Shown here piece after piece: positions 46,532-54,995 of a stretch of 58,025 nt of DNA (the stretch's first letter is position 1; each line of letters opens with the position of its first letter). Position numbers and translations under genes: made by a program. The notes beneath the pieces were generated by a model. It saw nothing but the letters and a program-made list of their open reading frames with translations. It searched no databases and was not told the origin of the DNA. Location of the stretch: the IMG/VR virus record IMGVR_UViG_3300031974_003279, positions 1 through 58,025 of that record; one strand, written 5' to 3'. Source of the DNA: a virus (lineage: Duplodnaviria > Caudoviricetes).

Positions 46532-47283
46532 CAGATGTTGTTGTGGATCTTGAACCAATACTTGAATGGCACTGCATTCTTACATTGAGATGGCAACATG
46601 ACCTTTGAGTAAGCCCAAGAGTTCAGACAGATGGTATACTTAGACAGCATAGCAAGACCGCTGGATTTCCACATAACATGTCTTGACTTGATCACACCGG
46701 TGTAGTTACGAGTATAAATACCATAGTCATGTGTAACTTCATATGGTACCAGTGCTCCAGACACACGGTTGGATTCATTGGTCAAGCCTTCTTTAACGTA
46801 ACCTTCTCGTACAAGAGACGCTCTCAAAGTATGCTTATCAGAAAACCCAATAGCTTCGTAACATATTCCGTCTTCATCAGACAATCCGAACAGTATGTTG
46901 ATAGTACCTTCAGTTAATGGATACGAGTAGTTTTCTGTATCGTAAGCATAACAAATACCTTCGCCCTCTTCGTACACAAAATCTGCTGCCATGGATTTAG
47001 GCTCCATCAAAATCAGGCTGGCTAGTCTTTGCCATTTCAACGAGATATACACATAGATGATCGCAAAGAGATTAGGTAGCTTACTGTTCTTGATGAACCG
47101 TACTTGACAACCTCGCTCTTTGTACACAGTGTACATCAGCCAAACGTAGAATGCCCACAGACCTATCGTACCGATGTAGGCAGTAGGGAACATTATGGTA
47201 GCTACGGTCAAGCCAATAGGTACAAGCTCTTGTAGTCCGAAGAGCGCTCTGATATCCCAGAGCAGTTGTTTAGGTTTTTTCAT
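46531..47283 (-). CDS. Hypothetical membrane protein
   Basis: N-terminal hydrophobic helices; TAATG-coupled to PolB. Confidence 0.6.
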   Translation of the reverse strand: MKKPKQLLWDIRALFGLQELVPIGLTVATIMFPTAYIGTIGLWAFYVWLMYTVYKERGCQVRFIKNSKLPNLFAIIYVYISLKWQRLASLILMEPKSMAADFVYEEGEGICYAYDTENYSYPLTEGTINILFGLSDEDGICYEAIGFSDKHTLRASLVREGYVKEGLTNESNRVSGALVPYEVTHDYGIYTRNYTGVIKSRHVMWKSSGLAMLSKYTICLNSWAYSKVMLPSQCKNAVPFKYWFKIHNNI

Positions 47284-49199
47284 TAGAATAGCTGTGTTTG
47301 CTGGTTAAATAAACTCATCAAGCGCCTTGCTTGACCAAGGTAATAGTTATAATTGATTTCAGCTGAGCTGGTATCAAAGTTTTCGTCAAGATCATTTATC
47401 AGTCTTACCTCTGATAAACTCAGCATGTTGTGCAGACTACCTTGTCTGTTCTTGTAGAGTCTACCACCCTTACCTATCTTGCATGCATAGAAACGGTTTT
47501 CTTTCTGAGTTTTCTCAACTGCCTGTACAGGCATGCCGTCTTGCATCTTGATGTAGTGGTACTCACCGGTCTGTGCTCCGCCAATCTTCTGAGAGATCGC
47601 GTAGTCAAAGATGTCATCAGATGAGCGTATTGCTTGCTCCAATGGGATACCATTGTAGAAGTGCTCATGAATAGCCTTGGCTACGATCTGCTGCGTAGGT
47701 CGCTTACCTATTGGAACGCTACGCTTGAACTCACCCTTTTCTTTAAAGTGTGGTCCATCAGGTGATTCAGAAACAAACATGGTGTAGTTGTTCACATCAC
47801 GCATGAGTGCTTTCTCAATGCTTGCAAACTCTAGGATAAGACCAAAGGTTTGTTGCCACTGGTCACAGATCTGGTTGTAGCTATCCACTGTGTCAGGTGT
47901 GAGCCATACAGTTACACCGTCAGTGTTTGCATAGAACACTTGGATACCTGCTTCTTCGAACTGTTCGATCAGCATGCACAACAGCAGTTGACCGTTGATG
48001 GTCGTACGATACAGACACATTCGATCATAGAAGGCTTCTTTGTCAGAGCCCATCTTACCGAAGATAGCATTAGCTGCAATCTTAAGTGCATACTTTTCGA
48101 TCTTGTCCTTGGATGCCATACGCTGTTCAACTACTCGAGTGTATACATCAAGGAATGTCCTACCCAAATGCTTTGGATAAGTCTGCATCTTGATGATCAT
48201 GTTCGGGTAGTACGACTTTACGTCGGCATCATACATCCAACGATCCGGTGTTGACAAGAGCATCTCTGATGTTGGGTGTTCTGAGTGCAAACCGCCCATA
48301 GCAAATGTGTACCTGGTCTTACCGAACATAAACTTATAGGTGAACTTGACGTCTTGCTTAGCAATGTCAGATCCATCTGAAGCTTTGAATGTAGTTCCTG
48401 TAAGCATGTCGTACAGCCTTCTGAATTTGGGAGTCACAAACGAGATGTCTTTACTGACAACATCAGCCATCTGAATCTCACGGTAGTACGTACGGCCCTC
48501 GTCAAACTCTCTGCGTGTCATACCGGATGCTTTGCAGTACATGTCTCGTATGAGACTGGCACCCATGACAGACTGAGATGCATTGTACACATGAATGTTG
48601 TACTTAGCAGATACATTGTAACGTTGCTGTACTTCACCATACATCTTGTTGTACAGAGCTGCAGTTATGTCACAGTCGTTGAGGTTGTATGACCGGAGCA
48701 AAGTGTCCATCTGATCTTCGGGTACATCTTCGTACGGACTGAACGGCAGGTCAAGTATCAAAGGCCAATTCAATGATATTGCAATGGCTTTGAGGCTTAC
48801 CCTGTCGACAGTGTTGAAGATCTTCAGCAGATCGTATGACTTCATTGTTCCGAACTTCCGTAAGAACCTGAGCTCTTCCTGAATGTCTTCGTTACGAATG
48901 ATACTCTGAGCAAACTCCCACACTTCATGTACTGTAGGGTCTTTCAGCAGTATGTAGTTGATCACATGGTCGTCGAAACCATGGCCATTGTACGATATCC
49001 ATTGAACAATATCATAGTTTACATTCCTGCCATTAGAAAAGCCGGTATCAATGTCATGAAGAAATTCTTTGAGTCCTTGCTTAGGTCTTGAATCGCGACC
49101 CTTGCATCGGTACCACATCTGTTCTTCTTTGTCTACACGTGACACACCCATGGAGAACACGTTCATGAATGTCTCTACGTCATATGCTAGTCCTACCAT
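47283..49199 (-). CDS. DNA polymerase family B with 3'-5' exonuclease domain
   Basis: YDVET, YNGHGFD, YNLND (Exo I-III); DVKSYYP, KIAANAIFGK, YANTDG (Pol A-C). Confidence 0.93.
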   Translation of the reverse strand: MVGLAYDVETFMNVFSMGVSRVDKEEQMWYRCKGRDSRPKQGLKEFLHDIDTGFSNGRNVNYDIVQWISYNGHGFDDHVINYILLKDPTVHEVWEFAQSIIRNEDIQEELRFLRKFGTMKSYDLLKIFNTVDRVSLKAIAISLNWPLILDLPFSPYEDVPEDQMDTLLRSYNLNDCDITAALYNKMYGEVQQRYNVSAKYNIHVYNASQSVMGASLIRDMYCKASGMTRREFDEGRTYYREIQMADVVSKDISFVTPKFRRLYDMLTGTTFKASDGSDIAKQDVKFTYKFMFGKTRYTFAMGGLHSEHPTSEMLLSTPDRWMYDADVKSYYPNMIIKMQTYPKHLGRTFLDVYTRVVEQRMASKDKIEKYALKIAANAIFGKMGSDKEAFYDRMCLYRTTINGQLLLCMLIEQFEEAGIQVFYANTDGVTVWLTPDTVDSYNQICDQWQQTFGLILEFASIEKALMRDVNNYTMFVSESPDGPHFKEKGEFKRSVPIGKRPTQQIVAKAIHEHFYNGIPLEQAIRSSDDIFDYAISQKIGGAQTGEYHYIKMQDGMPVQAVEKTQKENRFYACKIGKGGRLYKNRQGSLHNMLSLSEVRLINDLDENFDTSSAEINYNYYLGQARRLMSLFNQQTQLF

Positions 49200-49215
49200 A
49201 GAATATTTTTTAGTT

Positions 49216-49240
49216 AAAAAAGCCCCGCGTGAGCAGGGCT
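49216..49240 (-). terminator. Intrinsic terminator-like hairpin + U-tract
   Basis: AAAAAA-GCCCCGC-GTGA-GCAGGGC-T. Confidence 0.7.
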
Positions 49241-49246
49241 GTCGGT

Positions 49247-49930
49247 TTACATTTCCAAGACCATCATGATCGATTCTGCAATCTTACGAATCTCATCTTT
49301 ATGTTCCTGAGAATCTTTGTCCTTGTCGTTCAAGTACAAAACATCGTAAGGTATTGAATACACTTCGTGTTCTGTCCTGTGACTGTATGGTTCTAGGTGT
49401 ATACCAGGTCGTTCGAGACGAACAGTATACTCTCTACCACCAATTGACTTGATCCATTTTGTGATATGCGTATGTTCTTCTACAAGTCTGCAGTCTGGCA
49501 GGAACACGATGCAATCTCTTGCGTACGGTGCTGCAAAAGCTTCAGTGATGCGACCGATCGTAAGGAACCAAGGATTGAACTGATCATGTACTGCGTCACT
49601 CAAATAGATAAGCAATTCACGCACAGTTGGATTCAATCTGTCCTTGAACATGTACGTCTTCTTTACAAGATCGTTGACATGCGGGACGTAGTTCTTGGCA
49701 GGAGAGTTCTTGACTTCCTGATCTTCGAGATCCAAACGTTGAACAGGTTGGAAGAACTCCATAAAGAGATTCTTCAGCCATTGAGAATACCTTACGGTTC
49801 TCATTACTGTGTTTGGATGACCTTCTTCGCCACGCTCTTTGTAGATTTCTTCGAGCTGTTCAGCGATTGATCTTGCGATCACGTCTTTACCGGTGCCTTT
49901 CAGGCCCGATATGTTTACTACCATTTTCAT
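49247..49930 (-). CDS. Deoxynucleoside monophosphate kinase-like
   Basis: SGLKGTGKD P-loop, TVRELL, PDCR..E, SH.TE motifs. Confidence 0.8.
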   Translation of the reverse strand: MKMVVNISGLKGTGKDVIARSIAEQLEEIYKERGEEGHPNTVMRTVRYSQWLKNLFMEFFQPVQRLDLEDQEVKNSPAKNYVPHVNDLVKKTYMFKDRLNPTVRELLIYLSDAVHDQFNPWFLTIGRITEAFAAPYARDCIVFLPDCRLVEEHTHITKWIKSIGGREYTVRLERPGIHLEPYSHRTEHEVYSIPYDVLYLNDKDKDSQEHKDEIRKIAESIMMVLEM

Positions 49931-49956
49931 AGGCGGTTGTTTGATTTTAGAGTTTA

Positions 49957-50112
49957 CTAGTTAAAGTCTGATATGATATCCACTGCTGCAGCCATCTGAC
50001 AACTCACTGAACAGTAAGCTGATATTATCTGTGGATGGATAGGATCACCACAGTAATGGCATTTTCTTGGATCGTCGGGCGTTTTGCCCAAATCAGATTG
50101 CATGTTTTGCAT
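49957..50112 (-). CDS. Small zinc-finger protein (51 aa; below the ORF-track cutoff)
   Basis: MQNMQSDLGKTPDDPRKCHYCGDPIHPQIISAYCSVSCQMAAAVDIISDFN; CxxC..YCSxxC treble-clef pattern. Confidence 0.7.
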   Translation of the reverse strand: MQNMQSDLGKTPDDPRKCHYCGDPIHPQIISAYCSVSCQMAAAVDIISDFN

Positions 50113-50133
50113 GACTTTGGTTTTTGATTAGAC

Positions 50134-50159
50134 AAAAAAACCCCCAATGAAGGGGGTTT
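50134..50159 (-). terminator. Intrinsic terminator-like hairpin + U-tract
   Basis: AAAAAAA-CCCCC-AATGAA-GGGGG-TTT. Confidence 0.8.
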
Positions 50160-50281
50160 AGGCCGTTTTCTACTATTGAGATATGAAACACTGTTTGACC
50201 ACAGAGGGTTGGAGTCTCGCGCATAGCAGACTTTGTTATTTCCCACAACCGACGGCAAACCGGCAAAGGGTCAATACCAAC

Positions 50282-50821
50282 CTACATAATCTTACCGTGC
50301 TTTTTACTGCGGGTTGTATTTCGTAAAGCAATCAATGCTACCAGCACATCGAAACCATGCTCATCACCATAGTCTTCCTTGGTTGCTTTGGCTTGAAGCC
50401 ATCCGACTGTGTCAAGCACGCGAATGATAACATCACCGAGCTCCCATAAGATACCATCCTTGATGACTTTGATCTTTTCGTGAACTATGGGATTCTCCAA
50501 AGTCTCAGTAATAGGTATACCTACGTTCTGATCTTTCTTGATTGCATCTTCGATGTCAGATATCATAGATAGTTCTGCTCGAATCCTGTACTCAATAGAT
50601 TCTCCGGGTGTACTGAACTCAAGTACCTCTATGTTGCGAAGAGCTTCAAGGCATTCTGATACTTCGCTGGTCATCAGTGCCAGATTGGTTGCAAGACGTT
50701 CGGGTGTAAGTTCATCACGAACACCATGATAGAAGCCATTGGCTTTTGATGTAGCGTAACAAACTTTGGCACTCATGCCATCTTCCAAAATGTCTTTTCG
50801 GATTTGATCTTTAGATATCAT
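50282..50821 (-). CDS. MazG-like nucleotide pyrophosphohydrolase
   Basis: GFY, LALMTSEVSECLEALR ... ELGDVIIRVLD, R...HGK, with an insertion between the two halves. Confidence 0.75.
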   Translation of the reverse strand: MISKDQIRKDILEDGMSAKVCYATSKANGFYHGVRDELTPERLATNLALMTSEVSECLEALRNIEVLEFSTPGESIEYRIRAELSMISDIEDAIKKDQNVGIPITETLENPIVHEKIKVIKDGILWELGDVIIRVLDTVGWLQAKATKEDYGDEHGFDVLVALIALRNTTRSKKHGKIM

Positions 50822-50840
50822 AATGATATTGGTTTAGTTC

Positions 50841-50866
50841 AAAAAAACCCCACATGTAGTGGGGTT
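50841..50866 (-). terminator. Intrinsic terminator-like hairpin + U-tract
   Basis: AAAAAAA-CCCCAC-ATGTA-GTGGGG-TT. Confidence 0.8.
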
Positions 50867-50872
50867 ATGAGA

Positions 50873-51217
50873 TCACTCTTCGATCTCTACTTCAGTGCCA
50901 AACCACTCATCGTGACGGTCTTCAGCAATTTCGAGTTCGATTCTAGCAAGTCGAAGATCAACTTGTGCTCTGTGAATCTTCTCGATCATCTCAGTTGCAT
51001 TCTCGTTTGAGCTTGCAACAGTCAGGTCAAGAGTATTCGTTGGTCCGAAGTCGAGCATCTGCTCGATGATCAGCTCTTTGTCACTGACCTCTGCACGACA
51101 GCGTGTGAGGTGTGCTTCAGATGCATTGCGGACTGCGCTACCAAACCGGCTTGCGCGATCTGCTCTTACTTCGGTGTTTGTGCGGACGATGCCGGCTACG
51201 AAAGGACTTACCTTCAT
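50873..51217 (-). CDS. Hypothetical coiled-coil protein
   Basis: 114-aa helical ORF with A-rich leader. Confidence 0.65.
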   Translation of the reverse strand: MKVSPFVAGIVRTNTEVRADRASRFGSAVRNASEAHLTRCRAEVSDKELIIEQMLDFGPTNTLDLTVASSNENATEMIEKIHRAQVDLRLARIELEIAEDRHDEWFGTEVEIEE

Positions 51218-51299
51218 GGGATATTTGTTTAAGGTTGTTCGGTTAATTTACTGGTGTGCTTAACGAATCTGTAAGGTTACAGATTACGTGGTAGGAAGA

Positions 51300-51330
51300 T
51301 AAAGATACACCTTTTTATCTGTTAATCAAA
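51300..51330 (-). promoter_or_regulatory. Putative host sigma-type promoter TTTG-N19-TATCTTTA
   Basis: Matches the Bacteroidota -33/-7 consensus (TTTG-N19-21-TAnnTTTG) with one mismatch, in an intergenic gap. Confidence 0.6.
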
Positions 51331-51412
51331 GAGTTATGCGACTTTAGTAGTGTGTTTGGACCTCAACTGGTCAATGTAAGTCGGCTTAACTGATTAGGCG
51401 AATTGGTGTTTC

Positions 51413-51595
51413 TTACAGAGTTTGTAATTGCTTACTTGATCGTATCATATTCTGCATACGCTCAAGCTTTGTAATTTTCTGTTGGATCCGAATAACGGTC
51501 GGGTGAGAATTACAGAGCTTTCTCTTGGCTACAGACAATCTGTTGTAGCAGTTCTGAATTGATACTTGAGTTCTGCGCAAACATCTCTCTTGCAT
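51413..51595 (-). CDS. Small basic coiled-coil protein
   Basis: 60 aa; typical leader after a terminator hairpin. Confidence 0.55.
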   Translation of the reverse strand: MQERCLRRTQVSIQNCYNRLSVAKRKLCNSHPTVIRIQQKITKLERMQNMIRSSKQLQTL

Positions 51596-51621
51596 GACTT
51601 AAGGTTTTAAATGATTAGACT

Positions 51622-51650
51622 AAAAAAGAACCCTCATTCATTTGAGGGTC
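51622..51650 (-). terminator. Intrinsic terminator-like hairpin + U-tract
   Basis: AAAAAAGA-ACCCTCA-TTCATT-TGAGGGT. Confidence 0.7.
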
Positions 51651-51891
51651 CTGGAGGGAAACCAAAGTCTTCAAGTTTGTACCTGATTCTGTAGTCATTC
51701 CAAGCGTCTCCAACTGGATACAGTCTGAAGAAGTCTTCCAAGGACAGCTTAGCGTACTTGTACTTTTCTTCAAGTGATTTGTTGTACTCTTTCTCAACGT
51801 CATGCCATACATAGCAGGGCATGCCATTGTCTTTGAGCTTTACAACATATCCTATCTTATGAAGATCCAGCTGAGATTCGTCGTCTGTCAT
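51634..51891 (-). CDS. Hypothetical protein
   Basis: 85-aa ORF ending inside the hairpin. Confidence 0.55.
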   Translation of the reverse strand: MTDDESQLDLHKIGYVVKLKDNGMPCYVWHDVEKEYNKSLEEKYKYAKLSLEDFFRLYPVGDAWNDYRIRYKLEDFGFPPGPSNE

Positions 51892-52054
51892 CTTTGACCT
51901 GTTGTAAAAGGTTCAGCTTGAACTTAGAAACTATCTCTGTGTAACGAGATATCTCACCATCCGCCATCACCTTGAGGTTAGCTTCTTCTTTGATGAGTTC
52001 TTCCTTGGTCAACGTAGTTAGCCAAGTCTTGTACTCTTCGCCGATTATATCCAT
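51857..52054 (-). CDS. Hypothetical protein
   Basis: 65-aa ORF with TCTAACATG leader. Confidence 0.55.
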   Translation of the reverse strand: MDIIGEEYKTWLTTLTKEELIKEEANLKVMADGEISRYTEIVSKFKLNLLQQVKDDRRRISAGSS

Positions 52055-52063
52055 GTTAGAATC

Positions 52064-52369
52064 TTATAATCCATAGAGGTAACGATGAGGATGTTCATCT
52101 GATTCGATAAACTCCTCATAGTACTCTTCATCTGCTTTAATCTTGGCTTCACGAAACTTAGCTTCGATGTTACCAGGCTTGAAAGCATCTTTTTCTAAGA
52201 TAGGATATTCTCTCAACTTGATGATCTCCTCGACACACTCCCTGAGTTTGCTTTTAGGAATGGTTTTCAAGAACATTCGTACGATGCATTCCAAGTGGAA
52301 GTCATCGAGATCGTTTACTGGAATGCGTTCACCATCACGCGTTTTCCAAAGCAGTTGTGTTGTTTCCAT
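52064..52369 (-). CDS. Hypothetical phage protein (WKTRDG..I...DD.HL..I motif)
   Basis: Likely start METTQ; motif typical of small phage proteins. Confidence 0.6.
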   Translation of the reverse strand: METTQLLWKTRDGERIPVNDLDDFHLECIVRMFLKTIPKSKLRECVEEIIKLREYPILEKDAFKPGNIEAKFREAKIKADEEYYEEFIESDEHPHRYLYGL

Positions 52370-52464
52370 AGGCTTGATGTTTATTTCCGTCTTTAAGGCT
52401 TGTTTGGTTCGATAGTGATGCACTTATGCATCATCTCTATTTAAGATTTTACCCTATTGCTTAA

Positions 52465-52719
52465 TTAAGGTGCCTTCTTGTTAAAGATTGCTGACTTGAT
52501 CTCGTCATGTGTCATGTTCCGGTTGGATATGACTACAAGCTTACCACCATGTTTGCTATCACGTATCCCTCTGATGCGAAATTTGTGATTCTTACAGTCT
52601 GTCTGCAGTGCACCACCTTTGAAAGGCACTGCCCAGCCGCCAAGTATGTTCAACTTCGTCTCGTACAAGAAAGAGTGTATGTCTTTCTTTGGCGATATAC
52701 GCAAATAATAAACTCCCAT
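52465..52719 (-). CDS. Hypothetical protein
   Basis: Likely start MGVYY, 19 nt after a terminator hairpin. Confidence 0.55.
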   Translation of the reverse strand: MGVYYLRISPKKDIHSFLYETKLNILGGWAVPFKGGALQTDCKNHKFRIRGIRDSKHGGKLVVISNRNMTHDEIKSAIFNKKAP

Positions 52720-52738
52720 TTGATTGGTTTTATGGTTC

Positions 52739-52763
52739 AAAAAAAGCCCTAATTAAAGGGCTT
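52739..52763 (-). terminator. Intrinsic terminator-like hairpin + U-tract
   Basis: AAAAAAA-GCCCT-AATTAA-AGGGC-TT. Confidence 0.8.
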
Positions 52764-52788
52764 CTTCATGACATTAACCGCTCGTTGT

Positions 52789-53052
52789 CTAATCCTTGCG
52801 GTCAATATTATTGCGTACTACATAATCGTAGACTTGCAGATAACTTTTGTTTCTGCATTTCTCGATTGCTTCGTACAGATCTGAGTTACGAACCTTGGCT
52901 TTGAACCTGTAGGTTCCTGTCTCTACTCTGATGATTAGCTTGAGATCAAACAGACATGTTACCATCAAGCTGTTGTATGGTACATTGTAATGCTTGAACG
53001 TGTCTCTGCTGGTAGCGTAACGCTTCAGCTTTATGAAGGTCTTATTGCTCAT
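52789..53052 (-). CDS. Hypothetical basic protein, possible winged helix
   Basis: 87 aa; LIIRVETGTYRF wing-like motif; overlaps the XRE gene stop. Confidence 0.55.
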   Translation of the reverse strand: MSNKTFIKLKRYATSRDTFKHYNVPYNSLMVTCLFDLKLIIRVETGTYRFKAKVRNSDLYEAIEKCRNKSYLQVYDYVVRNNIDRKD

Positions 53053-53308
53053 CTCTCAAGGTAGTTTTAGGACGCTTCTTACGTAAGATGAATTCATAAC
53101 CAAGTGCTTGAAAAATTCGAAACATGCTTGGAGTCCATATGCTGTGAGTGTAGCGCTCCCAGTCACCGATCGTAGATGCAGCTACTCCGGACATTTCACC
53201 AAGTTTTTTCTGAGTGAGTCCCTTGAGGCATCTAGCGGTACGCATCACATCAGCGATTTGTTCCGCATCTGTGATCCGTTTTTCATCGAGGTTGAATAGA
53301 TCATTCAT
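53042..53308 (-). CDS. XRE-family helix-turn-helix regulator
   Basis: ARCLKGLTQKKLGEMSGVAASTIGDWER...IFQALG; likely start MNDLF. Confidence 0.85.
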   Translation of the reverse strand: MNDLFNLDEKRITDAEQIADVMRTARCLKGLTQKKLGEMSGVAASTIGDWERYTHSIWTPSMFRIFQALGYEFILRKKRPKTTLRDEQ

Positions 53309-53326
53309 AGGTTTAAATTTTAGTTC

Positions 53327-53358
53327 AAAAAAGGCCCCGAGTGTCATGTCTCAGGGCC
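53327..53358 (-). terminator. Intrinsic terminator-like hairpin + U-tract
   Basis: AAAAAA-GGCCCCGAG-TGTCATGT-CTCAGGGCC. Confidence 0.7.
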
Positions 53359-53398
53359 AGGGTGTAAACAGTAAAACCTATCTAAAACCGCTGTCTAC

Positions 53399-53419
53399 AA
53401 AAAAAGCCCCGAAGGGCTT
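53399..53419 (-). terminator. Intrinsic terminator-like hairpin + U-tract
   Basis: AAAAAAA-GCCC-CGAA-GGGC-TT (UUCG loop). Confidence 0.8.
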
Positions 53420-53422
53420 GTA

Positions 53423-53659
53423 TCACTTGAAGAAGTGAAGTAGTGCGATACCGATGGCAAACATCAGATACGTGATCATGTACGGAAAGCTTTTCAAGAA
53501 GTAATGAGTAGCTTCATGTAAGCTTCTTTTAGTCCTTGAAACTCCTCGTGCATAGTAATCAAAGACTGCAACCTGATGCAGTATACGAATACCGCTCATG
53601 ATGATCAGCATCAAGCCGATGTACTGCAGGATTGTTTTGTGTTCGAAGTGCTCTAACAT
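53423..53659 (-). CDS. Small two-TM membrane protein
   Basis: Two hydrophobic helices in 78 aa. Confidence 0.6.
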   Translation of the reverse strand: MLEHFEHKTILQYIGLMLIIMSGIRILHQVAVFDYYARGVSRTKRSLHEATHYFLKSFPYMITYLMFAIGIALLHFFK

Positions 53660-53668
53660 GTCGAAGAA

Positions 53669-54001
53669 TTAATCAATGATTATTTTCATCACGTCAACCG
53701 AAGCTTCTTCACATACGTCATGCTTTGACAATGTTAGAACTATTTTAGTCAAAAGATCTCTTCGCAACACTTTCTTAGATACTAATGTACCTATTGCAAA
53801 TGATGCGAAAGCAACTTTACGCTCAAATTGACTTGGCTCAATTTCAACACCATGTGTTTCTAATTGAACCATGTTGATCATTTTAAGCATTGCTTCTGCA
53901 ATACCGTCTTCATCATCAAGAGCGGTTTTTACAGAACGTTGCAGGTTATTAACCCACTCGTCTTGAAGACCTAGGACTTCTGAAATTGATACGTTTTCCA
54001 T
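53669..54001 (-). CDS. Hypothetical protein
   Basis: 110-aa ORF with typical leader. Confidence 0.6.
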   Translation of the reverse strand: MENVSISEVLGLQDEWVNNLQRSVKTALDDEDGIAEAMLKMINMVQLETHGVEIEPSQFERKVAFASFAIGTLVSKKVLRRDLLTKIVLTLSKHDVCEEASVDVMKIIID

Positions 54002-54027
54002 AACTGTTTAATTAAGATTGGTTATAC

Positions 54028-54052
54028 AAAAAAACCCCAATTGCTTGGGGTT
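54028..54052 (-). terminator. Intrinsic terminator-like hairpin + U-tract
   Basis: AAAAAAA-CCCCAA-TTGC-TTGGGG-TT. Confidence 0.8.
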
Positions 54053-54057
54053 GTGGT

Positions 54058-54945
54058 TCACTCAGGGTAGATGTTTGAAAGAGTCAGTCGAAGGCAATCT
54101 AAGTTTGGATAAGATGCCAGAAACTTCGAAGCATGCAAGAAGCTGTGGTTTACACTGTGTGCTTCACTGATCGGATACTTCTTTGAGTCTCTGCTGATCA
54201 ATGTATAACCGGGACCTCTTGAGTTTTCAGTTACAAAATAGTGAAACTTGCTTGGTACGATCTCTTGCCATGGACCATCCAATGGAAGGAAGTCACGCAT
54301 GCATGCAACCGAAGGATATCTGTTATCGAAAGTAATACCATCGGTCAACCATTGGTCTTTAGCTTTTCTAATTCCCAATGCAATGTGCATGAATGGTATC
54401 ACCCAGTCTTGAGTCACTTTGAATACAGCATCATCGAAATCCATTCTGATACTGTTCCAAGAACGTATCTGTGCATTCAGTGTAGGAACACCATACATCA
54501 TGTCTCTTGGTGACTTGTCTTTTGTAAGACCGATGTCAACCTTTGACACATAGCTACAGATGTGTGTCTGCAAATACTGCACTGCTTCCAACATTGAGGA
54601 ATACAATCCATATCTTGGACTGTGCTTGTCTTCCATCCATATCGTTAGCTGCTCAATTGCATAGTTTGTAATGAGCATGCAGGTGGCAGGAACGTCTATA
54701 CTCTGATGATGATCAAAGTTCATGTAGCTTCTGTCATGTTGGTTACCAATGTCAAGAACAAGAACCTCTTTAGATTTGAGCTCAATCGGGGTTACCTTGG
54801 CAACTCTCTTTACAGGTAATGGTGGGAATCCCTTAGCATCTTCCAAAAGAGACATGCGCAGTTGATTGACAATTGCTACTGAGAGGACGTCATCTGCATG
54901 ATATCTTCCCTTGTGAGTTACTATGTACTCGATGTCTTTAAACAT
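54058..54945 (-). CDS. MYG1-family (DHH-like) metal-dependent hydrolase/exonuclease
   Basis: THKGRYHADDV, LDIG, FDHHQ, FLHASKF; likely start MFKDIE. Confidence 0.8.
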   Translation of the reverse strand: MFKDIEYIVTHKGRYHADDVLSVAIVNQLRMSLLEDAKGFPPLPVKRVAKVTPIELKSKEVLVLDIGNQHDRSYMNFDHHQSIDVPATCMLITNYAIEQLTIWMEDKHSPRYGLYSSMLEAVQYLQTHICSYVSKVDIGLTKDKSPRDMMYGVPTLNAQIRSWNSIRMDFDDAVFKVTQDWVIPFMHIALGIRKAKDQWLTDGITFDNRYPSVACMRDFLPLDGPWQEIVPSKFHYFVTENSRGPGYTLISRDSKKYPISEAHSVNHSFLHASKFLASYPNLDCLRLTLSNIYPE

Positions 54946-54964
54946 GTTGAATAGGTTTTGATTC

Positions 54965-54990
54965 AAAAAATAACCCCACCGAAGTGGGGC
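54965..54990 (-). terminator. Intrinsic terminator-like hairpin + U-tract
   Basis: AAAAAATAA-CCCCAC-CGAA-GTGGGG (UUCG loop). Confidence 0.75.
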
Positions 54991-54995
54991 ATACA

